NCBI RefSeq assembly: GCF_009914755.1
Contig: NC_060935.1
Strand: one strand, 5' to 3'
Source: the human T2T-CHM13v2.0 reference genome, Homo sapiens
Length of the DNA: 64,000 nucleotides
The position numbers were made by a program, and so were the translations under genes. This document shows positions 13,776 through 27,436 of this stretch, in pieces; positions within the stretch are counted from its first letter, which is position 1, and the number at the start of each line of letters is the position of its first letter. The notes under the pieces are model-generated. The model made no database searches. It was not told the origin of the DNA and saw only the letters and a list, made by a program, of their open reading frames with translations.

Positions 13776-14583
13776 GTAGTATATTAGCATTGAGTATTTT
13801 CTCACAGATTTTTCAGCCAAAAATCAGAGTATATTCTCTAATTGGTATCAATAAAATGTTAGTGGTATGAATAAACTGGGAAAATTTGATTTTCAATAGG
13901 GTTCAAGTAATGGCAAGAAGGTCACAAGTCTGCCTATTGTATTAATGCTATAAAAATTTATGTTTTTTAATGATTCATTGATGGGACCTCAGCAGTAGTC
14001 AGGGGGCCTAAGAAATAAATGAAAGTTTATGGAGCATAGGAACGCCATTCCACTTATATAGAAGGGATCTGAGGAGTCTCAAAATTTACAGTGTCTAATG
14101 GGCATAGCAAGCTTAAGCATGATTTGCAACGGCATGAGAAGTTTGGAAAGAAGAGTGTCATCTCAGATGGTATGGACTGCTATAACAAATTACTATATAC
14201 TGGATTCCTTGTAAACAACATAATTTGTCTCTAAAATGCGTATATATAGCCTCATTTGTTTATAGGACTAACCAAATGAGATAATGGATATAGAGGTCTT
14301 AACATATAGGAAACACTTAATAAATGCCAGGGGTTCATAGCTAGGTAATAATAGCAAACTATTTTAAACTATACTCCTGTTCCATGTGATACTTAGTTTA
14401 ACTGAAACTTCTGACAATTTATCAAATATGTTATATAGATACATTATAGATGATGTAATTAGATATATATGTAGACATATAGACAATGAGTTCATTCGGA
14501 ACAGCAAACTTCTGGGGGGGGCAGGAATATGTCTTCATTAACTTTAGAGACTGCATTCCCTTATACACACACCACATTCAATT

Positions 14584-14604
14584 CACACACACACACACAC
14601 ACAC
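14584..14604. repeat. (CA)n microsatellite
   Basis: About 10 CA units. Confidence 0.9.
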
Positions 14605-15854
14605 TTCAGAATGTACACATTCTTGAAAAACAAAATTTGTCTCAATCTTTCTGAATATTAGCATAAGGACATTTTATAGCTGTATACACTTTTGTTTCTT
14701 CATTTTTATATGTTAGTAAACATATATGGAAGGCCTATGAGGTAGAATGCACTAAATTAGATATTGAATATTTGACAGAAACTATCCTTACTCACAACTG
14801 AATGAAAATAGGCAATTAGTCACAGAGTGAATTAAAATAATTCCTAGTTAATGGAAGTTATACCAACTTAGAGCATATATGTACATCTGTATATTATAAT
14901 ATAAACATACACAATGATTTATATATGAAAGATTAAGTTCAGACATTTTACATGGAAGAACATAACAGCTATTGCCCTGCCTCCTAACTTAGACAATAAG
15001 CATGTAAACTCAACATACTGGGGCAGCGTAGCATAGGTTCAAATCCTGAATTCATTACTTACCAGTGTTGCTGGGCAAACCTGGAGTTCCTATGCTTTGG
15101 TTTTCTCATTTATAAAATACAATAAAACAATAAAATTCACCTCCTAATGTTAACATTTTAATGATTCGCAAGTGCACAAGATATGTTAGCCATGATAATA
15201 AGTTAATGATGGCAGAGATTGCATTATGCTTCTGCTTTCAAGAGAAAATGTGAAAACATACAGTGTTGTTGATGAAAGTAGTCACACAGCATGTATAAGG
15301 CATTTGTAAAAAAATACAAATAAAAAAGTAAATAAAATGAAAATGAATGCAAAACACACTACATTTTAAATGTATAAGCATTTGTTCCCTAATACGAAAA
15401 GAAATGCAGACTGTAAATCTAAACTTTGTAGATAATTTGCCTCAGCCAATCAAGATGTCACAGTAATATATCCTGGAAAATTGAAGTTAGTGATTGAGAA
15501 AGAGCACTACTTATAGAGGAAAGAACAATTTTACTGGCTTGCTTTGCATTTGGGTGTCTTCTACAAATTTAATTTACTCTGCTTTGTGTACTCTAAGGTG
15601 AGAGAATTGAATTCAGGGCTGAAGCATGGAAGTAAGGAAGGTCATTCACTAATACTCAATTGTGAATAGGGCATAGGATATATGGGACTGATTAAAAGCT
15701 GGAGGGCGGACGGGCCAGATTGTAAAACGGCCATATTTGGACTTGATCCTGTAAATGCTGAGTAACTAAGCAGGCCTCCCAATTGATAAATTTCAGGATT
15801 TAGATCAGTGATTAAGAGAGGAGGTAGCCAGCAATGTGGTAGGAGATATTGGGC

Positions 15855-16085
15855 TGAGGCAGGAAATCAGAAGCAGAGTGAAGAGGTGGGGGCTATGGTA
15901 CTAGGCCTAATAATTGATGATTGAGGCCAAATGAGGCAGAAGATCAGAAGCAGAGTGAAGAGGCGGGGGCTATGATACTAGGCCTAATAATTGATGACTG
16001 GGGCCAAATGAGGCAGGAGATTTGAAGCAGAGTGAAGATGTGGGGCCTATGGCACTAGGCCAAATAATTGATGATTGGAGCCAAA
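15855..16085. repeat. 77-bp tandem repeat, 3 copies
   Basis: Units start at 15855, 15932 and 16009: 'tgaggcag...gaagcagagtgaaga...ctatg..actaggcc.aataattgatga...gccaaa'. Confidence 0.95.
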
Positions 16086-17261
16086 GTAGGCCTTTGGCAA
16101 TTGAAATACAAAGATGTGGATAAATATGACAGATGTGTTCTGCAGTGATAAATTATCAGAGCAATTTTCTTTTGGGATAAGAGAATTCTTTCAATTTATT
16201 CTTAAAAGATAAAAACAAATAACAATGTGCATTTCTAAATGAAAGATAATTTTCTTCTCTCTAATTACAGTTCGGTTTCATTCTTCCAGAAACTCCTGAA
16301 GTCAATTTGGAAAAAAGAACATGTGATTTGGCAATGTAAGAACTTTAAGGAAAAAATATATAGAGGTCTCATTTTATACAAGATAGGAAGATTCCTTTTT
16401 GAAGTAAAGTGAACATAATTATTTTAGATTTTAGTATTTTTACTATTATTCACTAAAATATCATCTCCCTTATTTATGGTTGTTAAAAGCAGTCCTGATA
16501 GTCTGAGATCAATAGAAGATTACTTCCCAGGCTGCCTCTAAAATATCAGAAGCCAATCATTGCAGAGGAAGTCCTAGCTGACTTATTTGGGGGTTTCTTA
16601 CCCAAGAAAACACAAGATGTTGTTCAGAGATTCTTTCAGTATGGAGCATTATTTTTTTAATTATGTGTGACAATGATAAATAAGTAGCATGCGGTAATTT
16701 GCTGTCACACTCTGTACATACCTAAAGTCCAGTATGAAATCCACCCTGTACTTCTGAAGGGTTTTTACAGGAATGAATTTTGCTTTTTTAATTTTTTTTG
16801 GAATAGAAAATCGTATTAACAAGAGAGTAGAAAAGAATATTAAAGAGAGAGAGAGGGAGAAAAGGAGGGAAAACAAAACCATATTTCTTTTCAATGCCTA
16901 CATCTCTGCTTATAGTTTCTGTGAAGCTGGATTACAATGAAAGCTATGGCATTCTCAAAAGACTTAAGGACCAGAGATAATTGGTGGGTGGGAGTACAAA
17001 CAGATATCATCAGGCAGAAAACATTCCATTTTTTTTTACCATAATACTTTAAATGTGTTAGAGGCCTAAAGGCTTCATGCCATTAATTGCAATTACCACT
17101 AAAGAAATTATATTTTAAATTTAATGAAACAAGTAACACTTTTATAATGAAAATTAAACTAAAAATATTTTAAATTCTTTCCTGAAATAAAAATGGCCAA
17201 GAGAAAATGGTGGCAATGCTTATAAATAATGCAATTTCAACTTTCTTAGATTTTTGACGGT

Positions 17262-17298
17262 ATGTGTGTGTGAGTGTGTGTGAGTGTGTGTGTGCGTG
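17262..17298. repeat. Imperfect (TG)n microsatellite
   Basis: tgtgtgtgtgagtgtgtgtgagtgtgtgtgtgcgtg. Confidence 0.85.
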
Positions 17299-18167
17299 AA
17301 AGAGTAGATATTAAAAATGTTATGACTGAGGGCCTTATGCTTCTGGACATAGTGGAATAATAAGCGTCAGATTACCCTCATGCTGTGAACAACTACAAAT
17401 GGGACAAAAACCTACCAAAAACTTTCTGTCTGGAGTCAATTTTCTCAGCACACGCACAAGTTGAGTAACCCAAAGGGGTTGGTGGTCTTTCTGACTTGAA
17501 GAGAAGGCAACCAGAGTTTAGGAAGAATAAACGGTTGAGAATTTTGGGGCAGAGCTTTGAAGAGGTCTCTCTGATCTCTTACCACGGGTAAGTATGAGGC
17601 TCTGCAAACATAAAGTGCATCTTCACAAAGCCGGGCTAAACAACTCTTAAGAGCTTACTCATAGTGGGGAGATATTCTTGCTCTGATCAGCCAGAATAGA
17701 GAGCATTTGAAAAATTCCTTTAGCATTTCATGGAGACATCAAATGCATCATACTTCTGTAGTAGGAACAAACTACCCCTAGAGTAACACATCTCTGAACC
17801 TTTTTTTGTAAAGCATAAAAAAAGACCTCAAAAGAGCAAAACTGAATAAAAAAAAAAAAACACACAGTGTAAGGACAAAACACTTATTATTTAATGGAAG
17901 ATAAATTCTAGATATCATAAGATTAAGCATCTAATATAAAATTACCACCCATTCTAAGAAACAGAAAAATATACTCCTTAATCAGGACAAAAGTAAATCA
18001 ACAGGGGGAAAAAGAAATAGCAGAGATTTACGAATCAGAAATGAAGGCATTGCAAGAGCTATCATAACATTTCATAGAGCTTAAAAGACAGCACAGACGT
18101 ATGGAGGTGGGAAATAGGACATATTTTTTAAAAATAAAACGGATATCCAGAGATGAAAATACAATAG

Positions 18168-18410
18168 CTAGCCTGGGCCACTTAGAGAGACCTCTTCTCT
18201 GGGAGAAAAAAAAAAAAGATTAAGTGGGTGTGGTGGCACATTTCTCTATTCCCAGCTACTTGGGAGTCTGAGGTGGGAGGGTTGCTTGAGCCTGGGAGGT
18301 GGAGGCCTCAGTGAGCCATGATCATGCCACACCACCACACTTAAGCCTCGGCAACACAGCGTGACCCTGTCTCAAAAAACATAAAAACAAAAAAAAAGAA
18401 GAGAAAAAAT
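18168..18410 (+). mobile_element. AluJ, 5'-truncated
   Basis: 'gaggtgggagggttgcttgagcctgggaggtggaggc...gagccatgatcatgcc', 'gaccctgtctc', A-rich tail. Confidence 0.9.
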
Positions 18411-18527
18411 ATAATCACTGAAATAAAAATTCAATTGGATAGGATTTATAAAAGTTTAGATATCGCAGAAAAAAATCAATGAACTTAAAGATACATTAAT
18501 GTAATTTATAAAACTGAAGCAAGCATG

Positions 18528-18724
18528 TTAGCATGCTCGGCCCCCCTCACCATGTGATGCCACGTGCCATCTCTGGACTCTGCAGAGTCCCAGCCGGTGG
18601 AAAGGCCCACACCAGATATGGCCCCTTGATCTATTCAGTCTCCATAACTCTGCAAAAAAATTTTCTTTTCCTTATAAATTACCCAATTTTAGGTACTGGG
18701 TAATTTATAAAAGAACCAAGACAC
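18528..18724 (+). mobile_element. MST-family MaLR LTR, 3' half
   Basis: 'ccatgtgatgcc...ggactctgcagagtccc...aaggcccacaccagat...ataaattaccca'. Confidence 0.75.
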
Positions 18725-18790
18725 ACATCTATTTTAAAAAATCAGAAAATAACTATTTTTAACAGCCTTAAGAAAAAAAGTATTAAACCA

Positions 18791-19095
<305 letters not shown>

Positions 19096-19989
19096 TAAAA
19101 CCAATCAATGAAGCCATCTCAGCCTTGCAGTAGAGAATATCAGGGTTCTCCTAGGGTCTCCATCCAACAGATAACATATAATAAAATAATTTTGAAATCC
19201 AATGAAATGTTGAACACACGAGTCTTACATAAAATTAGAAGCAAAGAGTCTCCAGAGAACTCCAGATCATTTAATTTTGAAGAATTCTGCCTTTCTGTTT
19301 CCTTTGAAATGACTCTTAGCTTCTATTGTGTGCTGTACTAAGGCATACATCTTAAAGTCAACAGGAAATAACTCAGAAACAGGAGCATTTCCCCTTTTCT
19401 CAAATTTTTCTTCCACCTCTCTTCTGATCTTGTTCAAAACCAACAAATACTTCACATTTTTACTGTGGACTCCCCTTTCTGTCTTGGAAAAAACATGAAG
19501 AAATAAGAACTCCTTCTGTCTCAGTCTCACATTTTAGACACCTGCTTGTGAACTAGAAAGCCTGAAATCACAATAAACAAGGCAAAAAAGGCCAGTGAGG
19601 GGATTCATAGCAAGCTTACAATTTTTTAATTAGTAGCATATTAAAATAGTCAGTACAGATTGATGTTAAACCCACCTATTCTATTATGTAAATATTGTTT
19701 CCAACTTTGGCTACAGAATTTGTCATTAGATTTGCCTTTTTTGTTCTCACTCTGTCTTGGCTGTTTGTGGTCTTCAGGATGCAGTCTGTGATCTGCGTAA
19801 TCATTCTGTTTCTCTGTTACATATAATTATATGCATATTTTAAAACTTCTATAAATCTTTAAAGGTACTTCTCTCAAATATTAAAGTGAGGGCATTAATA
19901 TTGAAAAAGAGTAAATAATTTTTCCACAATATAAATCATAATCAACTTGAGGAAGATATCCACATTTTCTGTCTTATCAAGAATTCTTT

Positions 19990-20805
<816 letters not shown>

Positions 20806-22563
20806 AAGAAATTAGAGGAGGAAAGTTTCTGTAAACACTTATGGTCTCTGAAATCCCAGGGACCTCTGTTGGAGTCATCTCCCCTGCTTTGCTTTCTGAC
20901 TTTGGAGGGTGGCTAAGTTTGCACTCAGGGGAGGGTCTAACCACTTCAGCTCTCTGACTTGTTTTAACTATGAAATGTTTTTAGCTTTTATGCCTTGTTT
21001 TGATCATAAGAACAAGAATAAAAGTCACTAGTGGGTTTCTAAATCCAAATCAGAAGGGAAAGCCTGTTTCATCCAATTTTTTAATATATTTCAAAAAGTT
21101 AGAAAATACAAACAAATCACTCTTGTTAGGAACTCAGCTGAGGTGGAACAAGAGTGAGTTGTTAGGTATCAGAGGAACAATAAGCCAAAATAAAAATAAC
21201 AGTGAAATCTCTCATCACTTACTGTGATAATATAAACAAGAGAAACTTGGAGAAAGTGCCAACCCCACTCTGTGTCATTTCTTTCCATGGAACCCGTGCA
21301 TTTCAAGAGTCAGGTGGACTGGCATAGATGTGGGGCTCATCCCACTGACAAGGGATCTCCAAACAAAGGGGTCTTCAATTTTATGGATCCTGAGGGCCAG
21401 GGGAGAGGGGCAAGGGGGAAGGGCTAGGACTGCAGAAGTACTAGGTACTGAGAAAGAGTGGAAAATATATCTTCAAGGTTTTTCTCTCCCCTTCCCCACA
21501 TAAGGAGGCTTTGGAAGAGATAGCCGAAGGACATTTCAGCTAAACACTCCAAGTAAAAGGACTTAGGAAGGAAGGCACCTGGGGTAGGAATGCAAATATG
21601 CCTAAAAGCTGAATGAGACAGAGGGGGCCTGAGTACTTGCCTATGACTTTCCTTAGACCTCTGCACAAAATCTGGCGTGGGAGCAGCAACTTTTCCCCAT
21701 TTTGCCTGCTGGGAAAAGCCTTTCAAATTATCTAAAGCTGGGCTTGAAAAATCACACAGAGATTTTTGGACAGGAGCCTTTTGAGAAGAGGAATATTAAA
21801 TATCTGAAATACAATGATATTTATGTGATAAAGGGAGAAACATTATATATATATATATATTTTTAATAGAGTATCATTTAAGTATACGTAATCTGTAAAA
21901 CCTAAGTTGACTCATAGCTTCAGTAAATGATATTGGAAAATCATGTTTCCTCTCTCTGTCACTGTTTTCTCCTTTATATATAATATGCAGATAACAATAG
22001 AACCAATTTATAAGGCTGTTTTGACACTACTTGTAAAGTTCTGGGACCATTTTTTAAGAGCCCAATTAATGTTAGCTATTATTCTTAGGTTTTGGTTTTC
22101 CAAATCTGATTTTATCCCATTAATCCCTGAGCCATTCCATGATATTGTGATAGGAATCAATTACCAACCAGAATCTGAATGGTTTTGAGAAAGTGGCTGC
22201 TCTGTAAAAGGAAAAATGCTCCACTCAAATATTGCACAAAGAATGACCGATCTGTGAAAAATCCATGTGTTCTCTCTCATCTCTGTACCCCCATCCAGTT
22301 CTGTTCTCAAACATGGTAGACCTCATCAACTTTTTGTAACTAACACAGCTTTCTTTTTTCCTGTCTTGAAAGGAAAGAGTCAAGCAGGCAACAGGAATAA
22401 TGAAATAAGAGCAAGGGTTTTAGAGATACGTAGTCCTGGTTATAAAGTCCAATGTACTATCTACGTGGCCAAAAGTGAATTACCGAAGCTATCATTGTTT
22501 CACGTTCCTCACCATATAATCAGGAAAATAAAATTTATTTCTGGCATGTGAATGCATATTTTA

Positions 22564-22908
<345 letters not shown>

Positions 22909-23069
22909 CTATAAAATAATTGAAATGCCAAAGGATAGTAGTATCTCCTATTGTGAATGTTTAGTGTTCAATTGCTTCTTATATAAATGTTAACTTTGAA
23001 TAATTTGGTGTTCTAATCTTATAGACTATGACTATAAGACAAAGTTCCAGTTGTTCAATAAACTTTCTC

Positions 23070-23850
23070 TTTTTTTTTAAACCACTGTATTGAAGTGTGA
23101 TTGACAGACAAAACACTATATATATTTAATGTGTACAATTTGGAGATAAGTATACACTTGCAAAACCATCATTAAAATCAATGTCATGATCATATACATC
23201 ACCTACAAAAGTTTCCTCCTGCCCTACTTATTTTAGCTTTGTGATAAGAACATGTAATATAAGGTCTCCCTATTAGTACATTTTTAAGTATACAATGTAA
23301 CATCGTTAAGTACAGGCACTACACTTTACTGCAGATCTTTAAGACCTACTCATCTTGCATAACTGAAACTTTATGCCTTTTGACAAACATCTCCAGGTTT
23401 CTCCCTCCTCCCAGCCCTTGCCACTCTCTGCTTCTATGAATTTGACTGCCTTAAAATCCTCATGTAAGTGGAAGTATTACTTGTTCTTCTATGTTTTATT
23501 TATTTCATTTAGCAAAATGTCCTCCAAGTTCATCCACATTGTCACAAATGACAGGATTTCCTCCTATTTTTAAGGCTGAAAAATATACTATTGTATGTAT
23601 ATGCCACATTTTCTTTTTTCATTCATGTGTCAATTAACATTTAGGTTGCTCCACATCTTAGCTATTGTGGATAATGCTGCAATAAACATAGGAGTGCAGA
23701 TTGCTTTACAACCCTGATTTCAATTCCTTTGGCTATATGCCCAGAAGTGGGTTTGTTGGATCATGTGGTGGTTCTATTTTTAGTTTTTTAAGGAAACTTC
23801 ATACTGTTTTCCATAGTGGCTGCACCAATTTACATTCTCACCAACAGTAC
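23070..23850 (-). mobile_element. L1MA/L1MB 3' end
   Basis: 'catcttgcataactgaaactttatgccttttgac', 'gatttcaattcctttggctatatgcccagaagtggg', 'gtggctgcaccaatttacattctcaccaacagt'. Confidence 0.85.
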
Positions 23851-23854
23851 ACAA

Positions 23855-24030
23855 CACAACACAATAATTGTCACATATGAAAAGTCCGCAGCTGACATTA
23901 TAGTCAGTGGAGAAAGACTGAAAGATTTTTCTCTATATTCAGAAACAAGGCAAAAATGCCCATTGTTGACACTTTTATTCAACATAATACTGGTGGTCCT
24001 ATATAGGATAATTTGTCCAGAAAAAGAAAT
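23855..24030 (+). mobile_element. L1 ORF2 RT fragment, inverted relative to the adjacent L1
   Basis: Translates [42 protein letters not shown], homologous to L1 [37 protein letters not shown]. Confidence 0.85.
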
Positions 24031-24137
24031 GTTACTTAAGTGATTAGGCTCTGGGCATCAAATGCAGGTAACTGTTTAGATTCTGTCACTTTGGACTGCA
24101 TGAGAATGGCAAATAAATTTTAATAATGATTGGGCCT

Positions 24138-24280
24138 CAGATACAGCTTCATATACAGTTGCACAAGGTTCTGTACTTATAGGACACCATACTTGCTTTA
24201 ATGTTTTTGAAATCTATAAGCATTTTTGAATAAGGACCACACTTTTTCATTGTTTTCTGGGCCTATTGAGCCCATACTGT
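24138..24280 (+). mobile_element. MER91A-like hAT MITE
   Basis: 'cagttgcacaagg...cttgctttaatg...tttttgaataagg...ttttcattgttttctgggcc'. Confidence 0.6.
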
Positions 24281-24959
24281 ATTAACGCAAACTAATTACA
24301 TTCATCTACCTCACTATGTACAATTTAATATAATAAATACAAGCTTTGCAATGAATTTTAATATTACTCTTTTTTCTCCTCCCTTTAGAAAAGGCAATGA
24401 CCCTGAACCTGGGTAGCTGAGGATAGTTATGAGCTAGATTGGATCTTCCTGTTTCTGCCTCATGTTGTTTTTATGTTTTTTTTTTTTTTTTTCTCTGCTG
24501 TTTTCATTGAATACCTTGGTTTTTGCTTAGGTCTGATAACCAAGTATTGTACAATGCTTCTGCCCTTGTTCAAAGTAAATTGTTTACTTCCTGAGTCATT
24601 ATTCTTTGATTGTTTTGAAAGCCAATTCTTCTTTTTGAAATACTGTGCACCATCTTTGCTCTGGGTCAGCAATCTCTGTTTTTGCATTCTCCTTGCCAGC
24701 TATTATCTAAAATCATAGAGTTCTGCCAGCAAGGTGATGGAAGCATGCAGTTTACAGTCTTTTTGGGGAAAAAAATTATGTGCAATCTTAAACTCATTGA
24801 ATAGAAAATGTAAATTGCTTAGTCAGTACTTTAAAATATGCATAAAAACCATCTCACAGAAGGTACCACAGGGAAGTAACTCAGGTATATGTTGCTGGTC
24901 ATACCTATGGTTGTGAGAGACTTTTTACTTTTCTTTTGTCTTGTAAACTAGAATCCATC

Positions 24960-25465
24960 CCACTTTGTCAAAGCAATAGTATACCGACCTTCTTACAGGG
25001 TGCAACCCTGCTCCTAACTTTAATTTCATCTGGTTCAGTGAAAGTCTATCCACAAATTACAGTGAGCATGGAGGGAAGGGGAAACAATGTGACCAACTTG
25101 TGGATATCCAGCATAATCCCGAATCCCTAGCCACAGAAATTGTTTCAGATACGTTCCTTTACCCAAGTTGATTTGATCAAAGTGAACTCCAAGATTTAAA
25201 AAGGAGTTATCATGAATAAAGATTTTCTTTTCCTGTGAAACTAATGACAGTAAGGATAACATAAACTGCAGATGCTGGAAGTCATTTTTATGGGTCCTGA
25301 AAGTAAAGACAACACAGTGCCTAGGTCTGGGAATGCCATTGTTTAGTACCCTGGATCATGCTGCCCTGGAATTTTCACATGTAATTGAAAATATTCACTT
25401 TTTTATACAATCTATGTTTAGTTTGGGTTTCCACCACAATCAAACCAAGTAACTTCTAAATAATA
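24960..25465 (+). mobile_element. Ancient ERVL/MaLR LTR (MLT1K/L-like)
   Basis: 'atccctagccacag..attg.ttcaga', 'ccattgtttagtaccctggatca..ctgccctgga', 'gtttagtttgggtttc'. Confidence 0.5.
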
Positions 25466-26949
25466 AACTGGCTGATCAGTCAATGCCCAGTTTTGTTGCT
25501 TTTGCTCACATCTATTTCATATTATTTTCTATTTTTACTGTCTGTCACGTCTGAATGCTAGTGTGTAATTTAATAGAATTAGGAAGAGGTAACCTCTTTG
25601 GTAATTCAAAGAATACTGTTCTCCACAATCTAGAATAATGATATATCATATTTTATTTGCATATGCTTATGAAATTATAATTCCATTCCGCTGAAAAGTA
25701 GACTTTACATCTAATAATTGTTCATCATTTAGTAAGTTATTATTGACATCACATTTGTGCCTAACAAAGTTAGATGCTAAAACTCAGACAGAAACCAATT
25801 TTTTCTAATTGGTCCCACCATATATATAGAATTGTAATCCACGTTTTCCCTAGAAAGCAGCTTTTCACAGGTAATATTTTCCAAAGTTTAGTCATTTACA
25901 TGACTCATCCATAAAGTTATCTGCATACTAGCTGTGCTACTATTTGATATTTTTCTCTAAATTGGTTCAAATGTATAACTTATCTAAATATGATTCCTTA
26001 ATATGTATTTAAGATACACATATGACTTATAGTTACTCTCTGTATATCAACACACAGAAATATAAATGCCACACCTTTGAAACAATATCAAATTGGAAGA
26101 GATAGAGTTTTTTGTAAAAAAAAAAAAAAACAACAACATTGGTTCAATTTTGATGTCCAATGTCCCACATCAGCAATTAGAGCTGCTATATCTACATTCT
26201 GTGTGTGATGGTATCAGTTAATTATCATTGAAAGGGAAATACATAATAGTTCTGTTGTTGTTTTTTTTTTAAGTCAGACTTCAACAGTACTAGCCATATG
26301 ATAGATACAGAATAAATGATTTTAGATTTTTTTATTCCCTTAGTATATTATAGAAAGTTGCTTGAGAATGTCTTTGAGAATCATGCTTAATTTTCTAACC
26401 AGGCAATAATGATAAATAATAGATAAAAAAATGTGTTTCCTAAAGTGAATTACACCCAAGCCTGTTCTTTTTATCTTTACTCTGTTATATTATAGATAGC
26501 AAAGAAAAGAGACTGGGATAATAAGGGATTCTATGGAGCTTCGTCTCAGACAGTTCATTTCAAATTGCAGCCTATATAGGAGTTACCAAAGCCAGAGCAA
26601 TTTCAGTGAAATGATGTAATTTTAATGCGCATCTTCCCTGATTGTTTTCTGAGAAATCAGTAACACAATGCTGTCCCTGACAAATGTCTCTAAATCCTCC
26701 TTATCTTACTGCAGAACAGCTCTCACAGGATGCATGTGAAACTGGGGCTGGTGCTACATGGTTCCTAGAAAGAAACACCTAAACGTTAAGTTTCAGAGTT
26801 TGAGAGCAAATGAGAATTATTTACCCTGGTTCTCACCAGCTGAAGCTTCACCTACTATAGCATCATAGGCTTTTCACGGACATTGCCAAGTATTATGCAC
26901 AGAAGGGGAAAATGATTGTACTCTGTATATTTTGTTTGTTCTTCATGAT

Positions 26950-27436
26950 TGTACTCTGTATATTTTGTTAGTTCTCCTAGATGTATTTATCATACTCTCC
27001 ACCTTCCTCTGCATCCCAAGATTGTCCAAGAAGTGTTACTTTCATGGTTTCCTTGTTCTCTGATTGCTGTTTGATTTTGATAAATGGTAAGCACCAGCAG
27101 GAAACTGGAGAGTGGGATAAAATGAGAGGTTCCCACCCTTCTGGGCTGTAAGAGTACAGTCAATGAGTTTTTCTATTAAAGATCTTCTCTCTTGACTGGT
27201 GATTCTTATTTATACCATAAGCTTCCTGTCAGGTTCTAGTGACTGCTCTCTCCTCTGTCCCATTAAAAGCGAAGGTACATAGTTGCTTAACTCTGCTACT
27301 CACCCCAGGGTGCTTCACCAACCCTTACTGGTTTTCTTTCACTTTGCCAACATTCTCGTAATTGTCCTTTTATTAAACTAGATTTAATCACCCCTTTTGA
27401 GCTTGCACGTATTTTCTTGCCAGAGTTCTGATACAT
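26950..27436 (+). mobile_element. LTR33-like ERVL LTR
   Basis: 'tccttgttctctgattgctgtttgattttgataaatggtaagcaccagcagga', 'tccttttattaaact'; ends 'ctgataca' before a primer-binding-site-like sequence. Confidence 0.65.

Larger units (their letters stand above)
17335..18780 (+). mobile_element. Ancient L1M 5' UTR/ORF1 relic with nested Alu and MST
   Basis: 'cttctggacatagtggaataa...agattaccctcatgctgtgaacaactaca' 5' motif; ORF1-like 'gaaataaaaattcaattggataggattta...ttagatatcgcagaa...aatgaacttaaagata'. Confidence 0.6.

Noticed and set aside
15855-16085. CRISPR-like array
   Set aside because: Whole units repeat head to tail with no unique spacers; eukaryotic context and no cas genes.
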